Positions 20,095 through 30,013 of a DNA stretch of 64,000 bases are shown here, piece by piece. This DNA comes from Candidatus Poribacteria bacterium. Its GTDB lineage: Bacteria; Poribacteria; WGA-4E; WGA-3G. Position 1 is the stretch's first letter. Every line of letters begins with the position of its first letter. The stretch lies in assembly GCA_965205025.1 (NCBI GenBank), contig CBDBFU010000018.1:1-64000 (forward strand), written 5' to 3'. The notes beneath the pieces are model-generated. The model was not told the DNA's origin and did not search any database. It saw only the letters and a program-made list of their open reading frames with translations. Both the position numbers and the translations under genes were made by a program.

Positions 20095-22413
20095 ATGAAA
20101 ACGACATTATCTTTCACACTCACACTACTCACTTTTGTAACCCTTGCCTTCGTGCCAAATAGTTTCGCACAAGACACTGCACCAGAATATGTCGTACGAG
20201 CGGTCTACTTTGTCCCAAAAGACCGAGAACCTGACCCCAACATGGACACAAAATTGGATACGATGATAAAAGATGTCCAAAAGTTTTACGCTGACGAGAT
20301 GGAAAGGCACGGCTTTGGCAGGAAAACTTTTAGATTTGAGGCAGATGGAAATGGAAATGTCAAAGTGCATCAAGTAACAGGAAAATATAACGACGCAGAT
20401 TATATAAACAAGAATAGATGGGCTTTTGAAGAAATCGAAGATCGGTTTAACCTTTGGCCTCCCAGAAACAAAAACATCTATTTCATTGTTTATGACTATA
20501 GCAGCGAAACGGTTGAGGGCGACGGTGGGTCGGCATGTGGGGCAGCAACCGGTAGTTCAAGTGGAGGACATGCGAGTGTCCCTGCTTCTGGTCCCTGCTT
20601 TAATTTTGAAATTATTGTCCATGAATTTGGACACACCTTCGGATTACCTCACGATTTCCGGAGTAATGCGTTCATGATGTCTTACGGGAGATATAGAAAT
20701 CAACTGTCACAATGCGCCGCCGAATGGTTGGATGTTCACCGTTACTTTAACCCTAACCAAGAAGTTTTCAATCTGTCCCCAAATCGGCATACAAATTTTC
20801 AAATGCTTCCCTCCACCTTTGTTTCACCACCAGTTACTATTCGTCTCCGCTTTGAATTAACTGACCCGGATGGACTCCATCAAGCACAGTTGCGATTACT
20901 CACTCGCGGCGAATTTTCCGTAATCGCCTGTCAGAGATTAAGTGGACAGAGTGATATTGCTGAATTTGACACGAACGATTTGTTAGGTGTTGGTGTTATT
21001 GAACTGCACGTTATGGATGCACAGGGAGACTTTCAAAGTTCTCGGTTTACGATTGATATTTCCGATTTGGTTCCAGCTTCCAAGGGTATTTCAATACCGG
21101 ATCCAAGTTTTGCAGCAGCGATACGATGGTCCCTTAGATTCGAACCCGACGAACCTATCACAGAATTGGATATGATAAGACTATTAGTTGTCGCTGCTGG
21201 GTATAACCCTGAACGACCACCAATTACAGACATCACTGGCATCGAATATGTAAAGAACGGAAAGGTTTTTGGTTTCTTTGATAATCAGATTAGCGATCTC
21301 ACAATATTCGCAAGCGCAAGTTTTCCAGAATTGAGAACGTTGTGGTTAGGTCGTAACCAAATCAGCGACATCACGCCTCTTGCCGGATTAACACAAGTAC
21401 TGGACTTAAGGTTAAGTGAAAACCAAATCAGCGACATCACGCCTCTTGCCGGATTAACACAATTACAAGTTTTAGAATTGAGTCTAAATCCAATAAATGA
21501 TTATACCCCTCTCATGGCATTAACACAATTGTCAGAGTTCTATCTCGCTGGAAATCAAATTAGTGATGTTAGTCAATTCGCAGAATTAAAAAACTTGAAA
21601 AGATTAGATTTAGGGGGCAACCAAATTAGTGATATTAGACCACTCGCAAAGTTGGTAAATTTAGAGAAATTACATATAATCAAGAATCAAATTAGCGATA
21701 TTGGTTCATTGGCTGAATTAAAGAATTTGGAAGAATTGTGGATAGGCTCTAACCAAATTAGTGATCTTAATCCGCTCGCAGAATTAAAAAACTTGAGAGA
21801 ATTATATCTGCTGGGCAACGAAATTAGCGATGTCAGTCCACTTGCAGGTTTAACAAAATTGAAAGTTTTATATCTGGATAACAACCAAATTAGCGATGTC
21901 AGTCCACTCGCTGAACTTGTAAATCTTAACAGATTATACCTTACAGAAAATCCGATTAGGAACAAAAAACCCCTCCTTGACCTATTACGAAAAAATCCAG
22001 ATATGAAAATATATCTAAAAGTCTGGGACAAGCCACTACCAGTTACCTTATCCCATTTCAGGGCAGAACATACCGATGCAGGCGTTCTCCTCAAATGGAC
22101 AACCGAATCAGAGGTAGACAACGCGGGTTTTTACATTTACCGCAGCAAAACAAAGAACGGTGAATTTAAGGTTGTCAACCCTACCATGATTCAAGGCGCA
22201 GGCACAACAGGAGAACGCCAGAATTACACGTGGACAGATACCACCGTTAAGCCAAATACCGTCTACTATTATCGTATTGAAGATGTGTCCCATGCAGGTG
22301 TGCGTGAACAGTTAGCCACCGTTCGCTTGAGAGGGCTTGTCTCCGCACGCGGTAAACTTACCACAAGATGGGTAGATTTGAAAAGCATATCAGTAGGCGC
22401 GATCTACAAATAA
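20095..22413 (+). CDS. Secreted zinc metalloprotease (metzincin) + LRR + C-terminal beta-domain
   Basis: Signal peptide; HEFGHTFGLPH with Met-turn FMMSYG; ~11 LRRs; LPVTLSHFRAE domain; GKLTTRW tail. Confidence 0.85.
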   Translation: MKTTLSFTLTLLTFVTLAFVPNSFAQDTAPEYVVRAVYFVPKDREPDPNMDTKLDTMIKDVQKFYADEMERHGFGRKTFRFEADGNGNVKVHQVTGKYNDADYINKNRWAFEEIEDRFNLWPPRNKNIYFIVYDYSSETVEGDGGSACGAATGSSSGGHASVPASGPCFNFEIIVHEFGHTFGLPHDFRSNAFMMSYGRYRNQLSQCAAEWLDVHRYFNPNQEVFNLSPNRHTNFQMLPSTFVSPPVTIRLRFELTDPDGLHQAQLRLLTRGEFSVIACQRLSGQSDIAEFDTNDLLGVGVIELHVMDAQGDFQSSRFTIDISDLVPASKGISIPDPSFAAAIRWSLRFEPDEPITELDMIRLLVVAAGYNPERPPITDITGIEYVKNGKVFGFFDNQISDLTIFASASFPELRTLWLGRNQISDITPLAGLTQVLDLRLSENQISDITPLAGLTQLQVLELSLNPINDYTPLMALTQLSEFYLAGNQISDVSQFAELKNLKRLDLGGNQISDIRPLAKLVNLEKLHIIKNQISDIGSLAELKNLEELWIGSNQISDLNPLAELKNLRELYLLGNEISDVSPLAGLTKLKVLYLDNNQISDVSPLAELVNLNRLYLTENPIRNKKPLLDLLRKNPDMKIYLKVWDKPLPVTLSHFRAEHTDAGVLLKWTTESEVDNAGFYIYRSKTKNGEFKVVNPTMIQGAGTTGERQNYTWTDTTVKPNTVYYYRIEDVSHAGVREQLATVRLRGLVSARGKLTTRWVDLKSISVGAIYK

Positions 22414-22700
22414 CGAAAATCCCTGCTGTAATTGTGTCTGTAAAGAGTTGCTACTTTTTACAAAATTGGCATAATAAGTCAATTATAATATAATTATAAA
22501 TATTGTATATATTAATTAAATATTGTCGTAATATTGGTTTAAAAGAATCGTTTTTTCAGTTTCCATTGACAAAAGACTCAGAAGTTACTCTGTACATCTT
22601 TGTTATGAACGACACATCGGTGCGGACATTGGCACTTGGACAAGCGATCCTCTCAAATGTCATACACGGATTCAACGTTGATTTAAAGTTAAGAAAAAGG

Positions 22701-22750
22701 ATCGGGCTTTCCTCCCCTGCCTAAAAGCAAGGGTCTCCAGCCCGAAGAAG
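22701..22750 (+). mobile_element. Orphan IS200/IS605-type (TnpB/IscB element) terminal hairpin
   Basis: CGGGCTTTCCTCCCCTGCCTAAAAGCAAGGGTCTCCAGCCCG resembles the TTCCTCCCC...CTAAAG...GGGGTYTCC end motif of that family; no transposase nearby. Confidence 0.45.
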
Positions 22751-25387
22751 TTGATGAAACACTTTCACATATTATTACTTATTGTATTACTTACGTTCAC
22801 CTGTTTTCCACCTCACATTGCACAGGCACAGGATGCCTCAACGTGGATGCCGGATTCGAATCTCCGAACCGCTGTCCGAAATTCTCTTGGGCTTGCAGTT
22901 GGCGAAGCTTTAACACAAGCAGGCATGTCAAACCTAACCGACCTTAGAGCTGCACGGAGAGGGATAAGCAGTCTCACTGGCTTAGCGTATGCGACTAACC
23001 TTACTGTAGCAAGGTTAGCACACAATCAAATCTCGGACTTGACACCCCTATCGGGTTTGACCTCGCTGACGAAACTTCGGCTGCAAGATAACAGTATCAC
23101 GAGTGTCACTTCACTATCGGGTTTAACAGTACTCACACAGTTATTCTTGAATAGCAATCAGATAACGGATGTCTCTGCTCTAAGCGGGTTGGTGAAGCTT
23201 CAGACGCTACGTCTTGCGGGCAATAATTTGACGAATGCACATGTTTTAAGTTCGCTAACAAATCTCGACAGTATTGATATAACGATACCCGAGCCACCAG
23301 ACACAGTTGCGCCGGATGTCAGTATTTCTGTACCTTCGGGTGTGCAGAACGGTGCATTCTCTGTGACGATCACTTTCACAGAGGTAGTCTCGGGGTTTGT
23401 CCAAGCGGATGTGAGCCTCTCAGGCACAGCAACAGCATCTATCACGGCATGGGCAACGACAGATAATACCACCTATACCGCAACGATTACACCCACTAAC
23501 AACGGCACAGTGACAATCGGGGTTGCCGCAAATGTCGCTACAGATGCTGCAAGCAACCAAAACACCGCCGCAACCTCGCAAACTGTGACCGTGGATACTA
23601 CCTCACCAGGTGTCAGTATTTCTGTGCCGTCAGGTGTGCAGTACCGTGCGTTTTCTGTGACGATCACTTTCACGGAGTTAGTATCGGATTTTGTCCAAGC
23701 AGATGTAAGCCTCTCCGGCACGGCAACAGCATCCATCACAGCGTGGGCAACGACAGATAATACAACCTATACCGCCACGATTACACCCACTACCAACGGC
23801 ACAGTGACAATCGGTGTTGCCGCGAGTGTCGCTACCGATGCCGCAAGCAACTCAAACACTGCCGCAACTTCGCAAACTGTGACCGTCACTCTGGATAGTA
23901 CACCACCGGGTGTCAGTATTTCTGTGCCGTCAGGGGTACAGAATAGTGCGTTTTCTGTGACGATCACCTTCACAGAAGCAGTGTCAGGGTTTACACAATC
24001 CGATGTCACACTCTCAGGCACGACAACAGCATCTATCACGGCATGGAATACGACAGATAATACCGTCTATACTGCCATGATTATACCCACTACCAGTGGC
24101 ACAGTGACAATCGGGGTTGCCGCAAATGTCGCTACAGATGTTGCGAACAACCAAAACACTGCCGCAACTTCAAAAACTGTGACCACCAATATTACAATCA
24201 CCACGCTCTCAGAACGCACGCAACAGGTGCAAGATGCTATTGTTGATGCTGTGGAAGGCGTAGATTCCGTAAATGATGTAACTCAAGCACACCTCGCGAT
24301 GATTACATATCTCAGTCTGCGAGGTGAATCAGTTACCTCGCTAAAATCTGGTGATTTCAGTGGGCTTAAAAGACTGAATTCCCTCAACCTGAGCGTCAAC
24401 GATTTTACCAGTTTGCCATCAGGGATATTTGACCAACTCATCGCTCTGAGATCGCTCACTATATATGACAGTTCTTTGACGAGTTTACCATCAGGGATAT
24501 TTGACAAGAACATCGAACTGACATATATCAATCTGGTCAAAAACGATTTGACGAGTTTACCATCAGGGATATTTGACAAGAACACCAAACTGACAATACT
24601 CTTTCTGGGCAACAACGACTTGACGAGTTTACCATCAGGGATATTTGACAAACTTACTGCTCTGACAACGCTCGATCTCCGCAGCAACGATTTGACGAGT
24701 TTGTCATCAGAGGTTTTTGACAAAAACACCAAACTGACAAAGCTCTATCTGCACGGCAACGACTTGACGAGTTTGCCATCAGGCGTTTTTGATGAACTCA
24801 CCGAACTGACACTGCTCTACATGTACCAAAACGACTTGGCGAGTTTGCCATCAGACGTTTTTGACAATAACACCAAACTGGCAGACCTCAAGCTGAAATT
24901 CAACAGAATCAAAGATGTATCCGCCCTTGAAAATTTGACATCGCTCACAATATTATCTATCAGAGCAAATCCGATCTCAGATTATGGACCGATCCGTAGA
25001 CTCATCGCAGCAATTGATGCAATTCCGGATCATCCGGGTCTAACTTTAGACACGCCAATTCCTAACGCTGTCCCATCAGCGCAACCCCTGCCAATACAAA
25101 CTGAACTCCTTGCTAATTTCCCCAACCCGTTCAACCCAGAGACGTGGATACCTTATCAGTTGGCAAAACCTGCGGATGTCACGCTGACGATTTACAATAT
25201 GCGCGGTGTTGTGGTGCGGGAGATAAAGTTAGGGCATCAAGTTGCGGGTTTGTATCAGAACCGTTCCCGTGCAGCGTATTGGGATGGTAGGAACGAGATC
25301 GGTGAACGCGTAGCGAACGGTGTCTATTTCTACAGGCTAAAAGCTGGGGATTACACTGCTACGCGCAAGATGTTGATACGGAAATAG
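22751..25387 (+). CDS. Secreted LRR + 3x bacterial Ig-like + LRR protein with a FlgD-Ig/secretion-type C-terminal domain
   Basis: Signal peptide; 22-aa LRRs; three ~100-aa PxVSISVPSGVQ repeats; 24-aa LTSLPSGIFD LRRs; NFPNPFNPETWIPYQL...GVYFYRL C-terminus. Confidence 0.88.
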   Translation: MMKHFHILLLIVLLTFTCFPPHIAQAQDASTWMPDSNLRTAVRNSLGLAVGEALTQAGMSNLTDLRAARRGISSLTGLAYATNLTVARLAHNQISDLTPLSGLTSLTKLRLQDNSITSVTSLSGLTVLTQLFLNSNQITDVSALSGLVKLQTLRLAGNNLTNAHVLSSLTNLDSIDITIPEPPDTVAPDVSISVPSGVQNGAFSVTITFTEVVSGFVQADVSLSGTATASITAWATTDNTTYTATITPTNNGTVTIGVAANVATDAASNQNTAATSQTVTVDTTSPGVSISVPSGVQYRAFSVTITFTELVSDFVQADVSLSGTATASITAWATTDNTTYTATITPTTNGTVTIGVAASVATDAASNSNTAATSQTVTVTLDSTPPGVSISVPSGVQNSAFSVTITFTEAVSGFTQSDVTLSGTTTASITAWNTTDNTVYTAMIIPTTSGTVTIGVAANVATDVANNQNTAATSKTVTTNITITTLSERTQQVQDAIVDAVEGVDSVNDVTQAHLAMITYLSLRGESVTSLKSGDFSGLKRLNSLNLSVNDFTSLPSGIFDQLIALRSLTIYDSSLTSLPSGIFDKNIELTYINLVKNDLTSLPSGIFDKNTKLTILFLGNNDLTSLPSGIFDKLTALTTLDLRSNDLTSLSSEVFDKNTKLTKLYLHGNDLTSLPSGVFDELTELTLLYMYQNDLASLPSDVFDNNTKLADLKLKFNRIKDVSALENLTSLTILSIRANPISDYGPIRRLIAAIDAIPDHPGLTLDTPIPNAVPSAQPLPIQTELLANFPNPFNPETWIPYQLAKPADVTLTIYNMRGVVVREIKLGHQVAGLYQNRSRAAYWDGRNEIGERVANGVYFYRLKAGDYTATRKMLIRK

Positions 25388-25514
25388 TATCATATGACCA
25401 TAGGATAGCTGGAATGCTGATGTTTATTAGCTTCCCAGTGATCATTAATGAATGGGTTAAAGTGTTTCGTCATTGAAACATCCCTTGAGGTATTCCATAA
25501 CCGGTTGAGTGTTC

Positions 25515-25745
25515 TTCACACCAGAGGTGTGATATGTCTATAGAAAACCGATACACGCTGAGCGCGCACTCCAGCGGAGTGCTATGTATCTCAAATCTCT
25601 TGGATTCGTCAGAACAAGCTATTAGATCCAGGAGCGGAGACTGCAGACTAAGGAACCAGAATTAACCTCTTATAGACATAGCACTCCGCTGGAGTGCATT
25701 AAGGGTGTGGTGTTTCTTCTATAGACATATTGCTCCACTGGAGCA
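25515..25745. repeat. Inverted pair of REP doublets (CACACCAGAGGTGTG / GCACTCCAGCGGAGTGC types)
   Basis: Hairpins with TCTATAGACAT flanks, in both orientations. Confidence 0.7.
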
Positions 25746-25989
25746 AAGAATAGATCGTCTGTGATGCGAATACATCTACACGTTAGATTGAATCATACTA
25801 ATAGTATAAGTCCTATGGTCATTTGATACAAACTATAAGTAACATTTCTATATAAACATGGAAAGTAAGTATTTCAAACAAAAGATGTTGAGGTCATAGT
25901 CGCTTGTGTCTTAAGAATATAACCGCACTATAGATGTCAATTTAGTTCACTGCAGTAATGGTAGCTTCGGTTTCCCGGGGAACGCCTAA

Positions 25990-26131
25990 TGAAGATTAAA
26001 ATAATAATTCGGTAATGTGTTAGAAATTCGAATCAACGGTATGAATGCTATATAGCATTCCCCGTGGTTAGGAAACCGAACCTACCAAGTTTGGGAAAAT
26101 GGGAATTGCCGAATTTAAAACTTAATCCTCA
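25990..26131. mobile_element. IS630-derived MITE (142 bp) inside a 35-bp element (25976-26153), carrying an internal 35-bp element (26031-26064)
   Basis: Ends TGAAGATTAAAATAATAATTCGGTAA / TTGCCGAATTTAAAACTTAATCCTCA; interior homologous to 10578-10721. Confidence 0.8.
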
Positions 26132-26208
26132 TAAGGCGTTCATACCGTTGATTCCCGAGCCGAATTTTCAGCATTGACAGAAAATCTTGCAGACAATAAC
26201 CTTAGATC

Positions 26209-27183
26209 TTATCCAAGAGAATTCTCAAGATCCTTTAACATGCTGGGAACTTGTAACATCATTTTATACTGTTTTTGAAGTGAATTCTGATGAGATGAAA
26301 CCCAAGAAAGTGCGTTGGCAATATCGTAGATATTTTCTGCTGGTTGCGCCCCTGGCACATTACCTTCTAAAGAAACGCTAATTATGTAAGAATCTTCGTT
26401 TTCTTCTGTTGTTTTATCTTTTGATCTTCTAACTTTTACATCTTGTCCTGTTTCTATAATACTATATACTCTCTCGGCATAACTGTGATTCCAACTATCA
26501 GACACTATGGTATCAATCCAGTTACGCAGTATTTCTGCATCTGTATCAGCATGCAGTTCTTTTTGTTTCCATCTTGTATATACTTCTTTTTCTTCTTGAA
26601 CTTTTGAGATGTTTTCATTTAAATATTCAACAAGTAATCCGGGTTCTAAAGATCTGGTCTGTCGCTTACTAAACCTACTTTCCGTATCTAAACACATAAG
26701 TCCGTTCTTACAAATAAGTCTAAACCAAGATAACTCAAAAACTAATGGGGTATTTCCATCTACAGAGTTCCTAACATGCAACTGAGGTATTAGTACATTG
26801 CCATCTCCTGGATCAAACATATCCCCTTTCAAGAATTGTATTTTCAACCACATACGCTCACCGTATTCTGTTAAATACAGGTTGCATTCGGTTTCATCTA
26901 TGTTATATCCCAGATATTCAAATGCTATAGTAATGATCTTAAGTATCTCAAAATGTTGAACTAAAGAATATGACTTAGATACTATTGCGACAGGTGTGTC
27001 ACCATGTGAAGTATTTACGATTACATCAAGACGTTTATTTTCCGATCCACCTATTTTGAAAGGTATCTTTCTAAAAACAGGTATAAAATCTGCAATTTCT
27101 ATAAGATTTCCTATATGTTCATTAACTAATCTACTGTCCCATTTTAAATTGTTTTGGTTATATGTATTATTTAAAATGTTCAT
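26209..27183 (-). CDS. DUF932 family protein
   Basis: VSKSYSLVQH and HVRNSVDG...WFRLICKNGL signature; low GC. Confidence 0.75.
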   Translation of the reverse strand: MNILNNTYNQNNLKWDSRLVNEHIGNLIEIADFIPVFRKIPFKIGGSENKRLDVIVNTSHGDTPVAIVSKSYSLVQHFEILKIITIAFEYLGYNIDETECNLYLTEYGERMWLKIQFLKGDMFDPGDGNVLIPQLHVRNSVDGNTPLVFELSWFRLICKNGLMCLDTESRFSKRQTRSLEPGLLVEYLNENISKVQEEKEVYTRWKQKELHADTDAEILRNWIDTIVSDSWNHSYAERVYSIIETGQDVKVRRSKDKTTEENEDSYIISVSLEGNVPGAQPAENIYDIANALSWVSSHQNSLQKQYKMMLQVPSMLKDLENSLG

Positions 27184-27342
27184 CGTACTTTCTCTGTTCT
27201 AATTTATTTGCTTTTATAATTATACTATAGTTTGGACAATTTCTGAGAGGAACTTCACCTATTTTCAAGGTGTTTCTGGTTTTTAGCCACGTTTCTTACG
27301 CCAATCCAACCCTGAAAAAACAAACTTTGATGCACTAAACGG

Positions 27343-27425
27343 TAGCCCCAGCGGGGCGGAATGTGTGTAGAAACGCCATACATCTCCAAGGTCCAAGCCC
27401 CAGAGGGGCGAAATGTGTATCGCTT
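27343..27425. repeat. REP doublet (AGCCCCAGMGGGGCG)
   Basis: Two hairpins of the CGCCCCGCTGGGGCT family, on the reverse strand. Confidence 0.7.
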
Positions 27426-27465
27426 AAAACTATCCAAGCTATAGTAAAGTTTAAAACCTTTGGTT

Positions 27466-27936
27466 TTATTTATGTGCAATATCAGTAGGAGGAACTAAAG
27501 GTCCCATTTCCCAGCCTCTCATATTTGCAATATCAGCAAGATCTTGCCGAAATTTATTGCGTTTGGCTTTAGTATTTGGTTGAGGCTTTAATAAAATTAG
27601 AGAATGAGCAATATTTCCATATTGTGGATCATATTTTACATATACATTATGACCAACTATATTTATTTTATTAAATATATCTCCAGCGATAAGTAGTATA
27701 ATTCCATCCGTATCATATTCTTGTGTCTCTGTAGGGTCAAAATCCCTATTACATGCTCTATCAACAGATGGCTGTCTATATTTATCTAAAAATGCATAAG
27801 GAGTTACCTTTAAGACCCCTGATATATCATAGTGATACTTTCGCTCATTTGGGTGTGTATTTTCGCTATGTATTGGAACTCTACGGTAAAGTTTCTCATG
27901 ATCTTCAATGTCACCATATTTAATATTATTCGTCAT
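27466..27936 (-). CDS. Putative ADP-ribosyltransferase/RES-like fold toxin
   Basis: EKLYRRV...PSVDR...DP..GNIAHSLI pattern (R-S-H triad); fold assignment is inference. Confidence 0.5.
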   Translation of the reverse strand: MTNNIKYGDIEDHEKLYRRVPIHSENTHPNERKYHYDISGVLKVTPYAFLDKYRQPSVDRACNRDFDPTETQEYDTDGIILLIAGDIFNKINIVGHNVYVKYDPQYGNIAHSLILLKPQPNTKAKRNKFRQDLADIANMRGWEMGPLVPPTDIAHK

Positions 27937-28486
27937 TAATTAACCATTTCCATACTGATATGCAGTTTTCATCATCAAGATTGCCTTCTTCAGACTGCAT
28001 ATCATCAACTGAAGTAAGTTTTTTTCTATATGTTGAACTATTACTTCCTATATGAATGTATAATGATTTACTTCCGTTATACCATCCTATACAAATACAG
28101 CCGTCTTCGTCACTGTATATAAACGGTTCAACCCACACATAACTTGCCTCATCCAATATATTTAAAAATGACGACATAAATGATTCAGCTTTTAATAGTG
28201 TAGATTGCTTTGGTTTTTCTAATCCGTACCCCTCCCAATCGTATTCAGATTCTACAAGTAATCTCAAATCTTTATATATTTTCTCTAAACGACTATCTAT
28301 AATTTTGGGTTTGTTAAGGTTTAAGTTTTTGGATATAATAAACCTATGATAAACATTTACTGGATAATCAGTTTCAGACAAAATACTTTTAAATACAATG
28401 ATTCTATCTTCACGAGAATTATTGCGATGAAAGGTATCAATATTATGTGATGTTTGCGAATGCGGTGTTGAGTAAGTGCCTGTCAT
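27926..28486 (-). CDS. Hypothetical protein, putative antitoxin (DWEGYG..P family)
   Basis: YDWEGYGLEKP...PFIYSDEDGCICIGW; low-complexity N-terminus; overlaps the downstream gene by 11 bp. Confidence 0.55.
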   Translation of the reverse strand: MTGTYSTPHSQTSHNIDTFHRNNSREDRIIVFKSILSETDYPVNVYHRFIISKNLNLNKPKIIDSRLEKIYKDLRLLVESEYDWEGYGLEKPKQSTLLKAESFMSSFLNILDEASYVWVEPFIYSDEDGCICIGWYNGSKSLYIHIGSNSSTYRKKLTSVDDMQSEEGNLDDENCISVWKWLINDE

Positions 28487-28487
28487 T

Positions 28488-29150
28488 TTAATCCTCCAAT
28501 TCTAATCCATAAGTTTCTGAGATAATCTTTCTGGATTTTTGTTGTAATATATGCATAGAATTTTCAGATATACACTTTTCGAACTGGATAAAATCCTCAA
28601 CATCAAAATGAAAGTTAAATTTGAGATGAAATATATCAGCGGTAGGATCAATCTCAATATTAACATTAATTTTTAGGTTATCCAGATTAAATCCGAAGTT
28701 ATATCGTTCAAAAGTAAATGATTCATAAAAACGATTGCGACTAGTTATTTGATTTAATCCTATGGTATCTATAACGTTATCAATATTGCCTTTCTGGGTA
28801 AAAGTAAAGTTTGCACCATATCCTGTAACAATAGTATTTATTGCACCTTTGAATATTTTTAAAGCAGATGATTCCAAAACAGAAAAATCTTCACATTCAT
28901 CCAAATGGAAAGTCAATATTCCATCAGTAAATATGAGTTTAAATCCTCTGTTTTTAAAGGATATAGTAAGTGGGGAAAGTCTAATTGAATGAGTATCACT
29001 CATCTCAACAGAGATTTCGACACCTTCACGCTCTTTATTTGGATCTCCATTTGAATCAAGGAAATTATTGCTAAGCCATTTAGGACTAAAAATGTTGGCA
29101 TTCCATCCACCTAATATAACGAGTGAACTGGAATCATAGTCTAATTTCAT
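28488..29150 (-). CDS. Hypothetical protein, TIGR04255/SecB-like chaperone candidate
   Basis: SLVILGGWNANIFSPKWL...VTGYGANF...FNFH pattern; stop lies 1 bp from the next ATG. Confidence 0.5.
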   Translation of the reverse strand: MKLDYDSSSLVILGGWNANIFSPKWLSNNFLDSNGDPNKEREGVEISVEMSDTHSIRLSPLTISFKNRGFKLIFTDGILTFHLDECEDFSVLESSALKIFKGAINTIVTGYGANFTFTQKGNIDNVIDTIGLNQITSRNRFYESFTFERYNFGFNLDNLKINVNIEIDPTADIFHLKFNFHFDVEDFIQFEKCISENSMHILQQKSRKIISETYGLELED

Positions 29151-29620
29151 AAAGGCATTCCTTATTATTCATTGATCATCAACACTATTGATTTTATTTG
29201 ATTTTATTTGTTTTTATTTTAAAGTCTATCAGAAAAATTATAGTGTATCAAGTAGAAATCATATATAGGGTATGTAAAGTTTTTGGCAAAATAAACTCAC
29301 TGTTATTGTGGACCCGTGTTACTGTTCCCACTTAGGTGTTGTTTTTATGCACTTTATTATTTGAAATATGCCATTCAGTCCCGTAGGGACGATATGTTTA
29401 TAGAAAAAACTCGTAATGAGTGCTTTTTGACGAAAATATGTAATTTGTTATATCGTTATAATAAATTCTGCAATAATCTACACCATCTAGCAATATCCTA
29501 TTACCCGCCTAAGATAAAGATGGTTAATGGCTTACGACTTAGTAATTAGCTTGCCAAACTACCAATTTTTGTGGCACCATGTATTATTAAATCTGACATA
29601 TTTCAATAGGATAGTGAATC

Positions 29621-29836
29621 ATGGGTAATGATAGAAATTTTGAAGTCCCAAGTGTTTTTATTTCATATTCACATGATAATGAACGCCATAAACAGTGGGT
29701 ATCAAATCTTTGCGATGATTTAGTTTCTAAAGGAATAGAAGTTATATTTGATGAATGGAACCCTATCGGTAAAAACGTGCAGTTTTTTATGTTAAGTTCC
29801 GCTCCAGAAGATGTTATTCAAAAACCCAAATTATAG
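29621..29836 (+). pseudogene. Truncated TIR/SEFIR-domain gene
   Basis: VFISYSHDNERHKQWVSNLCDDLVSKGIEVIFDEW is only the first half of a TIR/SEFIR domain. Confidence 0.7.
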
Positions 29837-29917
29837 TGGACGTTATTTATAGTAAACAATAAAATGAATACTACATTTTCTATTGGCTCAACTTACGTTC
29901 GCGTCCCACACCTCTTC

Positions 29918-29961
29918 TGTAGGAGCGACCTCCCGGTCGCGACCAGGAGGTCGCTCCTACA
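29918..29961. repeat. GTAG-type REP doublet
   Basis: TGTAGGAGCGACCTCCCGGTCGCGACCAGGAGGTCGCTCCTACA palindrome. Confidence 0.75.
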
Positions 29962-30013
29962 AGTAAAGTGTCTAATTAAATCTAAAGTTTACTATAGTTT
30001 CCATATCAACATG

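Noticed and set aside
23200-24732. Antisense ORFs with repeated sequence
   Set aside because: They are shadows of the Ig and LRR repeats on the coding strand.
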